In this document: positions 36,401 through 45,792 of the stretch, piece after piece
How positions within the stretch are numbered: position 1 is the stretch's first letter
Layout: the number at the start of each line of letters is the position of its first letter
DNA from: Pseudomonadota bacterium
GTDB taxonomy: Bacteria > Myxococcota_A > UBA9160 > SZUA-336
Length of the DNA: 64,000 nt
Assembly (NCBI GenBank): GCA_003247575.1
Contig: QJZC01000058.1
Span: 101,021 to 165,020 of the forward strand
Direction: 5' to 3'
The notes under the pieces: generated by a model
Database searches by the model: none
The model's input: only the letters and a program-made list of their open reading frames with translations
What the model was told of the DNA's origin: nothing
Made by a program: the position numbers and the translations under genes

Positions 36401-38250
36401 CCGGATCGATTGTCGCGCTCGACCTCGAACGCTCCGATCCACATGCGCTCGCCCGACCCGCAGCGCACCTCGGTGAGCTTGGCATCGCGGGAGCGCAGAC
36501 CGAAGTGATCCAGCAGCGGCAGCAGATCCGTCAGATAGGGACGCTCCCGCTGATAGATCTTCAGGACGGCGGTGCCTCCGTCGCCGTCCTGTTCGATCGG
36601 GCTGAACGCGAGCTCGACACTCGACAACCCGAGCCGGACGCGCTCCAGATGCTGGATGTCGTGGATCGCCGCCTCGGGCTCGGTCAGGACGCGGTACTCA
36701 CCGGGAAAGGCGTCCGCATACTCGCTGGCCAGGCGATAGCCCTCGTCCTCGGAGTGCTGCTCGAGCAGGGACGCCTCGAAACGGTCCTCCCAGCGAAGCG
36801 CGCAACGTTCGACGTCGCGCTCCAGTAGGTCCAGCACACCGGGATCGATGTCGTCGCCGAAGGAGCAGAAGAAGTGAATCAGCGCGCAGTCGTCATCGAC
36901 GAAGGTGATGCGATGATCCAGGTAGCTGACGCGGTAGCGATCCACCAGCAGCCGGCGCAGGTCCGAACGCAGATTCTCACGATACAGAGCCCGCGGCAGG
37001 ATCACGGAGAGGAAGAACGATCGATTCAGCAGGTCGGGGATCACGACCACCTCGACCGACCGCCCCTCGTACGCACGCAGCGTTCCCAGGATCGCCTCGA
37101 TCACGTGAGGGATCTCGAACGAGAACAGGAACTCGAGCGGCAGCGAGTCGAAGGCTTCGATCGCGGCCTTGTACGTGTGCGAGCCGCGCTCCGCCGCGAT
37201 CGATTCGAGCACGTGCTCGCGGCGACGGCGGATGATCGGAATCTCGGAGGGTCGCGAGCGCACGGCTTGATACGTGAGCAGCCCCACGAACTTTCCGAAG
37301 CCGATCAGCTCGCCCTGGTCATCGAACAGCTTGATACTGACCGTGTCCACGCGGCCGGCACGATGCACGACCGACTCGGTGTTCGATTTGTCGAAGAAGA
37401 CGCGCCGCTCGTCCGCCAGTCGCTTGCGAATCAGCTCCGGGACCTGCTCGCCCACACACGGACTCGAGAAGCGAGAGGGCGCGGGGCTACGCAAGGACCC
37501 GAGCCCACTCTCGGCGTCCGCCACGACGCGCAAGTCCTGCGGAGTCTTCTCGACGTCGTAGCGACGATAGCCGAGAAAGACGAAATTGTCCGCGGCCAAC
37601 CAATACAAAAAGTCCATCAACTCTCGGGTGCGCACCGAGATCTCGCTGGATTCGGCTTTGTCGAGGCCAGCCGTGTGGGCCCGAAGCGCCTTCAGCATGG
37701 CGCCGTGGTCCGCCACCACGTCCCGTATCTGACCGAAGGTGCGCCGCAGCTCCTCGGCGTACTCCGCCCGACGCTCGGCTTCGGGAATCAGCGCGACCTC
37801 GGCGTAGAGGTACGCCTCGCGGGCAGTCCCCACACCAATCACCGCGGGCAGGCCGTCCTCCTCACGCTCGATGACGAGAGACGGATGCAGCAGCAGCTTC
37901 TCGATGAGCCCCAGGCGACGTAGGTTCAGCCGGAAGCTGTCCACCAGGAACGGCTGATCCAACAGGAGTACCTGGACCAAGGTTCGCTCGCTGCCGGAAA
38001 TCTGAGAGTTGGAAACCTCGACCCGGATCTCACCCGGCTTACGCTGACAGACGAACTCGACACCGCGCTCCGCCATCTGAAGCAGTCCGGCCTCGCCGCG
38101 TAGCCGATGCTCCTTCGGGTCGATGCCGGCTGCGAGCCGCGTGAGCAGGTACTTCGTCAGCGCTTCGTCTTCGCGCTTGCGCTCCAAGGGGTTCTCCGTG
38201 CTCGACGCCATCGCCTTGCGGTAGATTGGCTCCGAGCGCTCTCTGGTCAT
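33463..38250 (-). CDS. gdhB: Large NAD-specific glutamate dehydrogenase (about 180-kDa Bac_GDH class)
   Basis: The 1595-aa single ORF matches the size and layout of the GdhB class. The catalytic region includes ...LMKTQMVKNGLIVPVGAKGGF... and ...GGSDGYDHKAEGITARGAW... Confidence 0.9.
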   Translation of the reverse strand: MTRERSEPIYRKAMASSTENPLERKREDEALTKYLLTRLAAGIDPKEHRLRGEAGLLQMAERGVEFVCQRKPGEIRVEVSNSQISGSERTLVQVLLLDQPFLVDSFRLNLRRLGLIEKLLLHPSLVIEREEDGLPAVIGVGTAREAYLYAEVALIPEAERRAEYAEELRRTFGQIRDVVADHGAMLKALRAHTAGLDKAESSEISVRTRELMDFLYWLAADNFVFLGYRRYDVEKTPQDLRVVADAESGLGSLRSPAPSRFSSPCVGEQVPELIRKRLADERRVFFDKSNTESVVHRAGRVDTVSIKLFDDQGELIGFGKFVGLLTYQAVRSRPSEIPIIRRRREHVLESIAAERGSHTYKAAIEAFDSLPLEFLFSFEIPHVIEAILGTLRAYEGRSVEVVVIPDLLNRSFFLSVILPRALYRENLRSDLRRLLVDRYRVSYLDHRITFVDDDCALIHFFCSFGDDIDPGVLDLLERDVERCALRWEDRFEASLLEQHSEDEGYRLASEYADAFPGEYRVLTEPEAAIHDIQHLERVRLGLSSVELAFSPIEQDGDGGTAVLKIYQRERPYLTDLLPLLDHFGLRSRDAKLTEVRCGSGERMWIGAFEVERDNRSGELLRDREKRVVEGLRAVLRGAMEADALNSLIFGVGFEWKQVDLFRAYFAYAAQLGIGLRPSVVAEILLRYPETTRCIWRLFAARFDPELQGDRAPLEQSALRRLAEEREPIPTADEDKIFAMLEELIRCTMRTSYYIDPNGHDLLVFKIDSKRLSFAPHPRPFMEMFVQSVQMSGVHLRGGPIARGGLRWSDRIQDFRQEVLGLMKTQMVKNGLIVPVGAKGGFVLRQRFDDRQAARSAADHQYARFVGALLTLTDNMHDGAVTPPPRVVRQDGDDPYLVVAPDKGTAHLSDTANRVAQSFEFWLGDAFASGGSDGYDHKAEGITARGAWICVRRHFLELGIDIESETFTMAGIGDMSGDVFGNGLLLARNARLLAAFNHEHVFLDPDPDPAVAWQERKRLFELERSSWRDYDVAKISEGGGVFERSAKSIPLSPRVREMLGLSDDALSGEKLVRSILKMTVDLLWNGGIGTYVKSSAESDADVGDRANDSVRVNGRDLRARVIGEGGNLGFTQLARVEYALSGGRINTDAVDNSGGVDLSDLEVNFKILLSGSVQKRRMTHTERNVLLRDCAGQADAYVIAHNESQSHGVSMDLIRCRETPERMVLAARYLERNAGLDLSLEFLPTREELRGRARPGSPNGYTRPELAVLLGYSKLLAKRELTQAELITHPSFLPVLEAYFPDRLRECFANEIHEHPLRREITATVLSNRVLDRAGVTLLPELTRTLAATVPEIIAAYYMVNHMLEAEHLRWAIERQDVPEELRLHASRRVESAVRWGTRTRLGLERRVLLEPGELAHWTGLVRRLRGVVNEGANGDVSESERAKIRVRAERLVERGLDPELANEIEQLPFVVRSLGVVSIAIRADVALPIAVRLHTEVGQVTRVSWLLDRLGDLERRGGWDRVAAEALVLELLETQRRITARLLEGTGEQAPFEHLCHDQATALQTIAEAAQEIEAEERRGLAPLAVLSQMIRRLC

Positions 38251-38342
38251 TCACCGAAGCAACGGATCCTCTCTGAGTCTTCGGCGCAAGGGCGCTCGAA
38301 GCTGACGAACGACACCGGCCATCGAACTGGAATCGAGCCAAC

Positions 38343-38981
38343 ATGCGAAGACTGCGACAGCTCGCGGAGCCCTACTACGATCGCTGGAAGCTGATGCACT
38401 TGCGACGTCAGCTGGGGACTCGCCTGTACATGGCCTCACCAGAATGCGCACACTTCTGGGTGATCTCCCTCAGAATGGCGGCGGACGCCAGGCTGCGGAT
38501 CGGGCCGGAGCTCATCACGGAGCGACGCCCAGGCAACCATGTATGGCTGCATCCCGGAGCCGAGCTGGAGCTTGGCGAACGCGTCTGGCTGCGTACGGAG
38601 CACGGCGAGAACCAGCTCACGGCATTTCCCGGCGCTCGCATCTCGGTGGGCTCACACAGCCTACTCAACGGCGCCATGCTCCACGCCAAGGCGTCGATCA
38701 CGATCGGGCGCGACGCTCGTCTGGCCTTCGGAGTGCGCGTGTTCGACGCCGATCTTCACGATCTGGACTGCCAGACCCCAGAGCGCATCGAACCCGTTCG
38801 GATCGGCGATCGGGTCTGGCTGGGCGCGAACGTGATCGTGCTGCGCGGGGTGACGATCGGCGACGACGTCGTGGTCGGCGCGGGCTCGGTCGTCACCCAT
38901 GATCTCCCTTCGGGTGTGCTCGCGGTAGGCTCTCCAGCACGCGTGGTGCGCCCGCTGGCCTCGCGCGTGGGCTGCCGGTAG
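38343..38981 (+). CDS. Left-handed beta-helix (hexapeptide-repeat) acyl/acetyltransferase
   Basis: C-terminal IGDRVWLGANVIVLRGVTIGDDVVVGAGSVVTHDLPSGVLAVGSPARVV is the canonical LbH O-acetyltransferase pattern. Confidence 0.8.
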   Translation: MRRLRQLAEPYYDRWKLMHLRRQLGTRLYMASPECAHFWVISLRMAADARLRIGPELITERRPGNHVWLHPGAELELGERVWLRTEHGENQLTAFPGARISVGSHSLLNGAMLHAKASITIGRDARLAFGVRVFDADLHDLDCQTPERIEPVRIGDRVWLGANVIVLRGVTIGDDVVVGAGSVVTHDLPSGVLAVGSPARVVRPLASRVGCR

Positions 38982-39012
38982 CCAGGACGCCACGCGTGAT
39001 ATCCTGGCGCGC

Positions 39013-39975
39013 ATGCCGCTGCGAATTGCTCTCTTTGGTCAGGCCCCACTCGCCATCGACTGCCTCGAACGCCTGCACGGCGCGGGCCACGATGTGGTCA
39101 CGGTGTTCGCTCCACCCGACGGCCCGCGCCCCGATGCGCTGGCGGCGCGGGCGAACGCACTCGGGCTGAACGTGATTCAGCGCCGATTCTTCCAGCGAAA
39201 GGATGGCCAACCCATCCCACGGGCGCTGGCCGAGTACGCGGCGCTCCAGGTCGATCTGAACGTGCTCGCTTCGATGACCTCGTTTCTACCGACCGAGATC
39301 ACAGACAAGCCGCGCTACCGGAGCATCTGCTTCCATCCTTCGCTACTGCCTCGTTTCCGTGGCGGAAACGCCCTGCAGTGGCAGATCATGCTCGGGGAGC
39401 AGGAGACAGGTGTCTCCATATTCGTCCCCGACAGCGGCGTGGACACCGGCCCCATCGTGGTACAACGCGGCGGGGTACGAATCGAGAGCTCCGATACGAC
39501 CGCATCGCTCTTCTTCGACAAGCTCGCGCCACTCGGTGCCGAAGCCCTGCTCGACGCGGTCGAGCGTATCGACAAGGGCAGCGCTCGGCTCGAAACACAG
39601 GACGAAGGTCTCGCCACCTTCCAAGGCCTGGTCCGAGCAGAGGACGCACGCATCGACTGGTCGCGCAGCGGCCTCGAAGTCTCGCGTCAGATTCGTGGTT
39701 GCGACCCTCAGCCCGGTGCGTGGAGCAGACTCGGCGAACACACGCTGCGACTCTACGACGTCTCGCTGCAGCCCGTTCGGACGCAGAGCCAGGACTCCGG
39801 GGCGCGCAAGCGGCCACAGCCGGGCGAGATCGTCGAGATCGATACGAATGGTCTGCACATTGCCCTTGGCGACGCCGAGCTGTGCGTCTCGCGAGTCCGC
39901 GCGGATGTGGCCAAGGAGACCGCTCACGCCTTCGCAGAGCGCGCCGGCGTCAGCGTTGGAGATCGTCTCACTTAG
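39013..39975 (+). CDS. Formyltransferase-family protein (Fmt-like N- and C-terminal domains)
   Basis: MPLRIALFGQAPLAIDCLERL..., HPSLLPRFRGGNALQWQIM (Fmt has HxSLLPxxRG), and a C-terminal beta-barrel-like region. No def or other translation genes are adjacent, so it is not called fmt. Confidence 0.7.
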   Translation: MPLRIALFGQAPLAIDCLERLHGAGHDVVTVFAPPDGPRPDALAARANALGLNVIQRRFFQRKDGQPIPRALAEYAALQVDLNVLASMTSFLPTEITDKPRYRSICFHPSLLPRFRGGNALQWQIMLGEQETGVSIFVPDSGVDTGPIVVQRGGVRIESSDTTASLFFDKLAPLGAEALLDAVERIDKGSARLETQDEGLATFQGLVRAEDARIDWSRSGLEVSRQIRGCDPQPGAWSRLGEHTLRLYDVSLQPVRTQSQDSGARKRPQPGEIVEIDTNGLHIALGDAELCVSRVRADVAKETAHAFAERAGVSVGDRLT

Positions 39976-40005
39976 CCTGCGCTGCTAGCCATTTGAAAGA
40001 TGTTT

Positions 40006-40033
40006 TGCGCATCTTTGCCGGCTTTTCTGCGCA
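40006..40033. promoter_or_regulatory. Two TGCGCA palindromic cores 22 nt apart in a T-rich segment upstream of the TetR gene (possible operator, or fmt-like terminator region)
   Basis: tgcgca at 40006-40011 and 40028-40033, plus a nearby AAAGATG/CATCTTT 7-bp inverted repeat. Pattern only. Confidence 0.2.
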
Positions 40034-40137
40034 CTTTTCGCCGCTCGAGCTGTTGGCACCCGCTCCACGGTAGTGTAATACCGTGCGCCGAGGTGCGGTG
40101 GGGGAGTTGCGAACAGCGTCGCTGAGAAAGCCTAGGC

Positions 40138-40812
40138 GTGCCGGGACCGCCAAAAGACAACACTGACCCGCGTGCGCGTGCCCAGAGCGGACGCGGACGA
40201 CCCACCGGTCGCAAGGGCGACACGCGAGACTACCTGCTCGACACGGCTCGCGCCGTGATGGTGGAGCGCGGGCTCGGACGGGCAACGATGCGCGAGATCG
40301 CCGATCGCGCTGGGGTAAACCCCGCACTGCTGCACTACTACTTCGGCACCAAGACGGGGCTGTTCACCGCAATCATCGAACGCGTGCGGGAGCGCCTGAG
40401 AGGTCAGCTGGACCAGGCGCTGCAGACCGAGGGCTCGGTGAGCGAACGGCTGCGCGCGGTGATCGCAACCTACACTGCAGTGATCGCCGCTGAGCCCTAC
40501 ATTGCTCGCCTGATCATCGAGGAGCTTCTGGAGCGTCCCCACTCCGATGCGGGATTCACGCACGGGATTGAAGACCTGCTCTCGGCCCACATCCGTCGCT
40601 TGTTCGAAGAGGGAGTCTCGAAGGGCGAGTTCCGCACTCCGAACGTTCCATTCGACTTCGCCGAGCTGATGCCTCAGGTCGTCTTCTTTCTACTGATGGC
40701 ACCCCTCAGCCGCGGCGGCGCACAGGGGGTCGAACAGCTGGGGCCCTGGGCAGCCGAAGCCGCCGAGATCCTGCTCTTCGGGATTCACCGCGCCTCGCTG
40801 CCGCGCGCATAG
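40138..40812 (+). CDS. TetR/AcrR-family transcriptional regulator
   Basis: TRDYLLDTARAVMVERGLGRATMREIADRAGVNPALLHYYFGTK is the TetR_N helix-turn-helix signature. Confidence 0.9.
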   Translation: MPGPPKDNTDPRARAQSGRGRPTGRKGDTRDYLLDTARAVMVERGLGRATMREIADRAGVNPALLHYYFGTKTGLFTAIIERVRERLRGQLDQALQTEGSVSERLRAVIATYTAVIAAEPYIARLIIEELLERPHSDAGFTHGIEDLLSAHIRRLFEEGVSKGEFRTPNVPFDFAELMPQVVFFLLMAPLSRGGAQGVEQLGPWAAEAAEILLFGIHRASLPRA

Positions 40813-40821
40813 GCGACGTCG

Positions 40822-42012
40822 TCAGCCCTCTGCAGCACGCATCTCGAGCGCCAAGGTGCCCAGGCTCGCTCCGTGCTCCTCGCGTCCCAGGCCCGAGATG
40901 AGGTCGTAGAGACCAAAGAACCCTTGCGACTCGAGCAACGCCTCGAGCTGGGCGCGCGCGACGCGGGCATCGGAGCTACGCCCCGCGCCCATCAATGCTC
41001 GATGGCCCCAGTAGTGCGCCAGCGGCGATACGCCCTCGCCGGCCCGCAGGAGCTCGGGCGCGCGGCCCGGAGGTACCGGAACGAGACAGAGCCCCTGCGC
41101 TCCCCACAACACGGAGCCCGTCGGGCGCAGATAGCGGTCGATCGCGCGCTTGGCGTTTCCTTCCTCGAGCAGGTGAGTACTGCCGGCCGGGACCAGTCCG
41201 CCGCACGTGATGGCGCGCAGCGGCTCCGAGCGTGCGCGATCGAAGCCGACATAGAGCTCCTCTGCGGGCCACCAGAGGCGTTCCTCGATCGCGTCGCGAA
41301 TCATCGAGGAGCGCACGCGCAGCTTGAGAACGTGCGGATTGTTGCCCTGCAGCTCCCAGGCTCGCTCGAGATGCTCGAGTGCGATCAGTAGCCAACCGCA
41401 GAACACCGGATCCTCGATCACGAACGGATGCCCGGCACGCAGCGCCCGCGCGGGATCGAGCTGACACCCGAGCGCCGATCGCGCCAGGTTGCCCGCTTCG
41501 ACATGCCACTCTGGGCCCGGCGCAGATTCGATCACGTCCGCGAAGAGCGGGCTCGTCGGTACCCCTGATTCCGCGGGATGCAGGATCACGGGGAGCGAGG
41601 TATCCGGGGGGAGTCTCTCGCCCCAGATGGCGTCGACGTGCTGCGTTGCGCGCTCGAGCAGCGCCTCGTCCTCGAGCTGACCATCGAGCGCGAGCTGCGC
41701 CACCGCATAGGCCGCGACCGGGGGATCGATGAAGAGAGATCGACCCTCGTCCTCCGGGGGCTCGTCCTCGCTCGGCAGCCTCCGCTCACGCGAGAGCAGG
41801 CCATTCGGAAGCTGGCATGCTTCGTACAAGGTTCGAAGCTCGATGTTCGCCTGCGCCGTGTCCAAGTGACGCAGGGCCAGCGCATGGTGCGCACTCGCCC
41901 ACCCAGAGAGAACAGGCCCCTTTCCCGACTCCAGGTGAATACATCCGCCAAAGGCCTCGTACTCGAGTCCATCGAACACGGCCCGACAGGCGCGCTTCAG
42001 CTCGAATTCCAT
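40822..42012 (-). CDS. Hypothetical protein, tentatively six-hairpin (alpha/alpha)6 glycoside-hydrolase-like
   Basis: 396-aa ORF. HPAESGVPTSPLF and the C-terminal GFFGLYDLISGLG...GTLAL loosely resemble GH63/MGH1-type toroid enzymes. The assignment is weak. Confidence 0.4.
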   Translation of the reverse strand: MEFELKRACRAVFDGLEYEAFGGCIHLESGKGPVLSGWASAHHALALRHLDTAQANIELRTLYEACQLPNGLLSRERRLPSEDEPPEDEGRSLFIDPPVAAYAVAQLALDGQLEDEALLERATQHVDAIWGERLPPDTSLPVILHPAESGVPTSPLFADVIESAPGPEWHVEAGNLARSALGCQLDPARALRAGHPFVIEDPVFCGWLLIALEHLERAWELQGNNPHVLKLRVRSSMIRDAIEERLWWPAEELYVGFDRARSEPLRAITCGGLVPAGSTHLLEEGNAKRAIDRYLRPTGSVLWGAQGLCLVPVPPGRAPELLRAGEGVSPLAHYWGHRALMGAGRSSDARVARAQLEALLESQGFFGLYDLISGLGREEHGASLGTLALEMRAAEG

Positions 42013-42272
42013 GGTGGCTCAACTCCTATGGACGCCTGCGCGCGACGGTGGACTCCTACGATCCACGGGTTGGTTGGAACCTAGCGTGAGGGGGCAATCG
42101 AGCCCGGTCGCTCCGGCGATCATCACCCTCCGGCGACAATCACCGCTCGGACGTCTTCGAGAACTTCCCGGAGCAAGCCGGCTCGCCAGAATATCGGATC
42201 GCTCCCACCGAGCAACCAGCTCCTCCCGAGGCAAACGCCTCGCACGCGCCGATCTGCTACGCTTGGCTGCCG

Positions 42273-44375
42273 ATGGAGAACCATTGGTCCGACGAAGGCG
42301 CGCGTGAACTGATCGATCACTTTTCGGATGTCAGCGAGACGTTGGCATTACGTGTGTACACGTCGCGCCTCATTGGAGCGGAAGCCGATCTGGTGCTCCA
42401 CGGAGGGGGAAACACCTCAGCCAAGGCGCGCCTGAAGAACTTGTTCGGGGACGAGATCGACGTCCTGCACATCAAGGGCAGCGGCTGGGACCTCGCGAGC
42501 ATCGAGCCGGCGGGCCTACCCGCCGTCTCGCTCGAGCCCCTGCTCAGACTGCGCACGCTCGATCAGCTCGAAGACGAGACGATGATGTTCGAGCTGCGCC
42601 GCGCTCTGCTCGATCCCGCGGCGCCGAATCCGTCCGTAGAAACCTTGCTGCATGCGTTCCTGCCCCATCGCTTCATCGACCACTCTCATGCCGACGCGGT
42701 GCTCGCGCTCACCAATCAGCCCGACGGCGAGGCGCGTTGCCGCTCGCTGTTCGGGGATCGGGTCGGGTGGGTGCCGTACGTGATGCCCGGCCTGGCGCTC
42801 GCGAAGCGCGCCGCCGAGATCTACGAGAAGGCACCCGGAGTCGAGGGGCTCATCCTCGAGAAGCATGGACTGTTCACCTTCGGCGATGACGCGAAGACGA
42901 GCTACGAGCGCCATATCCAGATCGTCTCGCGCGCCGAACAAGTGATCCAAGAGGCGACCGAGAATCGCCGGCCACTGGATGCGCGCCCGGTCGTGGCTGC
43001 CCGTGAATGGCAGGAGATCGCTCCAATCGTCCGCGGTGCACTCGCCGAGACCGGTGAAGAGGGAACCGGTAGCTTCCGCCGCTTCATCCTGGCCCACCGC
43101 AGCTCGGACCTGATTTCTCACTTCGCGGCTGCTGGCGCGCGCACTCAGCACCTGGCAGAGGCTCCACCGATCACCCCGGATCACGTGATCCGCACCAAGG
43201 GCAGCTATCTCTTCGTCGAGCGCCCTCCCTACGCGAACCTGGAGGCATTTACGGAGCTGTTGCGTCAGGGCGTCGCCGAGTACCGGCAGGCGTACCGGGC
43301 CTACTTCGAGCGCAACCGGGGCCAGCGCGAGCTCAAGCCCCTCGATTCCACGCCCAGGGTCGTCATTCTTCCGGGAATCGGGATCTTCGCGGCGGGGGAT
43401 TCCGCGAAGGCAGCCAACGTCGCGGCCGACATCGCCGAGCACTCGATCCGAACGAAGCTCGCCGCGGAGGCACTGGGGAGCTACGAGGGGCTCCCCGAGA
43501 GCGACATCTTCGACATGGAGTATTGGAGCCTCGAACAAGCCAAGCTCGGCAAGCGAGCTCCAGCCCCGCTCGTCGGGCAGGTCGCCCTCGTGACCGGCGC
43601 TGCAGGCGCGATCGGCGAAGGTGTGGTCCGCAGCCTGATCGGCGCGGGGGCGCACGTCGTCGGACTCGACCTGGACGAGGCGCGACTGACCGCGGTCGCC
43701 GAACGACTCAGTGCCGCGGGACTCGACGGCAAGGCATTCGTGCCGCTCGCCTCCGACATCACCGACGAAGAGGCCGTCGACGAGGCGTTCACGCGCGCCG
43801 TGGAGCACTTCGGCGGAATAGACATCGTGGTCGCCAACGCCGGGGTTGCGATGGCGGGTGCGCTCGACAAGCTGCTACTCGAAGAGTTCGACCGCGCCAT
43901 CGACGTCAACCTTCGCGGCACTTTCCTGACCCTGCGCGCGGCGCTGCACCACATGAAGCGCCAGGGCACCGGGGGCAGCATCGTGCTCCTCTCCACCAAG
44001 AACGTATTCGCGCCCGGCGCAGAGTTCGGCGCCTACAGCAGCACGAAGGCGGGGGCCCATCAGCTCGCAAAGATCGCGGCACTGGAGGGAGCACCGAGCG
44101 GCGTGCGCGTCAACATGATCAACGCGGACGCCGTGTTCGGCGATGCGGCGAACCGCTCCGGCCTGTGGGCGCAGGTCGGCCCGGCGCGCGCAAAGGCGCG
44201 CGGCTTGGCGCCCGACGAGCTCGAAGACTTCTACCGCAACCGCAATCTACTGCGGGTGCGCGTGCGCGCAGAGGACGTGGGGAGCGCCGTCCTCTTCTTC
44301 GCAACCCAGCAGACCCCGACCACGGGTGCTGCACTACCCGTTGACGGCGGGCTGCCAGACGCCTTCCCGCGCTGA
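42273..44375 (+). CDS. Bifunctional class II aldolase/adducin-domain plus short-chain dehydrogenase protein (rhamnulose-1-phosphate aldolase/SDR-like)
   Basis: 700 aa. N-terminus LALRVYTSRLIGAEADLVLHGGGNTSAK is typical of this fusion family. The C-terminal SDR has VTGAAGAIGEG, NAGV and YSSTKAG. Confidence 0.85.
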   Translation: MENHWSDEGARELIDHFSDVSETLALRVYTSRLIGAEADLVLHGGGNTSAKARLKNLFGDEIDVLHIKGSGWDLASIEPAGLPAVSLEPLLRLRTLDQLEDETMMFELRRALLDPAAPNPSVETLLHAFLPHRFIDHSHADAVLALTNQPDGEARCRSLFGDRVGWVPYVMPGLALAKRAAEIYEKAPGVEGLILEKHGLFTFGDDAKTSYERHIQIVSRAEQVIQEATENRRPLDARPVVAAREWQEIAPIVRGALAETGEEGTGSFRRFILAHRSSDLISHFAAAGARTQHLAEAPPITPDHVIRTKGSYLFVERPPYANLEAFTELLRQGVAEYRQAYRAYFERNRGQRELKPLDSTPRVVILPGIGIFAAGDSAKAANVAADIAEHSIRTKLAAEALGSYEGLPESDIFDMEYWSLEQAKLGKRAPAPLVGQVALVTGAAGAIGEGVVRSLIGAGAHVVGLDLDEARLTAVAERLSAAGLDGKAFVPLASDITDEEAVDEAFTRAVEHFGGIDIVVANAGVAMAGALDKLLLEEFDRAIDVNLRGTFLTLRAALHHMKRQGTGGSIVLLSTKNVFAPGAEFGAYSSTKAGAHQLAKIAALEGAPSGVRVNMINADAVFGDAANRSGLWAQVGPARAKARGLAPDELEDFYRNRNLLRVRVRAEDVGSAVLFFATQQTPTTGAALPVDGGLPDAFPR

Positions 44376-44378
44376 ACG

Positions 44379-45740
44379 ATGAATCAGGTCTTCCTGGTTC
44401 TCATCGCGGGCTCCGTGCTCACCGCAGCCTTCACCGGCACCATGGCCGACGTGATGTCGGCTGCCTTTGCGTCCGCCAAGAGCGCAGTCAACATCGCCTT
44501 CGGGCTTCTGGGGGCCATGGTGCTGTTCCTGGGCATGATCCAGGTGCTGCGCGACGCTGGCGCGGTGGCCGCGGTGGCACGAGGCCTGGCCCCGGTGATG
44601 CGCCGCCTGTTCCCCGAGGTGCCCGCAGATCACCCAGCCATGGGCGCCATGGTGATGAACATTGCCGCCAACATCTTCGGCCTCGGCAACTCTGCCACGC
44701 CCTTCGGCCTGAAGGCGATGCAGGAGCTCGATCGACTGAATCCCTATCCCGGGGTCGCGACCAACGCCATGGTGCTGTTCCTAGCGATCAACACCTCGGG
44801 CGTCGCCGTGTTTCCGAGTGGGGTCATCAGCTACCGCGAGAGCCTCGGGGCTCTCGATCCCGGCGGCATCGTGATTCCGTCGATCCTGGCGACGATGACA
44901 TCGACTACCGTGGGGATCCTCGTAGCCACCCTGCTCTCGCGCCGGCCCCAGTTCGAGCCAGGGAAGTTCGCGGAGGCTGCCGCCAGCGCGCCTTCCGTGG
45001 TGAGCAGCCTGGCCTCCGGTATGCGCGAGGTCGACGCCAGCGAGCTGCTCGAGGAGGCGCGTGAGCCAGCGCCCCAGCACAGGAAGTCGATCGCCTGGCT
45101 GATCGGCTTCGCGCTACTGGTCGGCCTGGTGCTCGAATGCGTTCGCCTGGTCGGAGGCACTCCGCTCAGTCTGGCCGCGGCCCCCGACCAGACGCTCACG
45201 CTCGGCGAGTTCTTCACGAAGACGTTCTCGAGCCAGTGGTTGATTCCTCTGTTCCTGGCGTTCATCGTACTCTTCGGCTGGGCGCGCGGGGTCAAGGTGT
45301 ACGAGTCGGCCATTCGTGGCGCAAAGGAAGGCTTTCAGATCTTCGTGCTGATCGTGCCGTTCCTGGTGATGATCCTGGTCGCGGTCGGGATGTTCCGTGC
45401 GTCGGGTGCCCTGGATGCAATACAGTCGCTGCTGGCCCCTGTCACCAGCCTGATCGGCTTCCCCGTGGAAGCGTTGCCGATGGCGTTGCTACGACCGCTA
45501 TCCGGAGGGGGCGCGAGCGGCATCATGAATGAGGCCATGCAAACCTACGGTCCCGACTCTTTCGTAGGGAATCTCGTCTCGGTCCTGAACGGCAGTACAG
45601 AGACGACCTTCTACGTCCTGGCCGTCTATTTCGGGAGCGTTCAGATCCGCGCCGTCCGTCACGCCGTGATCGCATGCCTCTCTGCAGATGTTGCCGGAGT
45701 ATTGGCAGCTCTCTTCTTTACGCGACTATTCTTGAGCTAA
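44379..45740 (+). CDS. Nucleoside-recognition (Gate) domain membrane protein, SpmA/SpmB-like fusion
   Basis: 453 aa and polytopic. Two Gate-like halves (N-terminal ...AVNIAFGLLGAMVLFLGMIQVL...; C-terminal ...GGGASGIMNEAM...NGSTETTFYVLAVYFGSV). It starts 3 nt after the aldolase/SDR stop. Confidence 0.65.
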   Translation: MNQVFLVLIAGSVLTAAFTGTMADVMSAAFASAKSAVNIAFGLLGAMVLFLGMIQVLRDAGAVAAVARGLAPVMRRLFPEVPADHPAMGAMVMNIAANIFGLGNSATPFGLKAMQELDRLNPYPGVATNAMVLFLAINTSGVAVFPSGVISYRESLGALDPGGIVIPSILATMTSTTVGILVATLLSRRPQFEPGKFAEAAASAPSVVSSLASGMREVDASELLEEAREPAPQHRKSIAWLIGFALLVGLVLECVRLVGGTPLSLAAAPDQTLTLGEFFTKTFSSQWLIPLFLAFIVLFGWARGVKVYESAIRGAKEGFQIFVLIVPFLVMILVAVGMFRASGALDAIQSLLAPVTSLIGFPVEALPMALLRPLSGGGASGIMNEAMQTYGPDSFVGNLVSVLNGSTETTFYVLAVYFGSVQIRAVRHAVIACLSADVAGVLAALFFTRLFLS

Positions 45741-45792
45741 TAGAGTTGCGTCCCAAGCGCTGAACACACCACTTCTCGAGCCGTGAGGTCGC

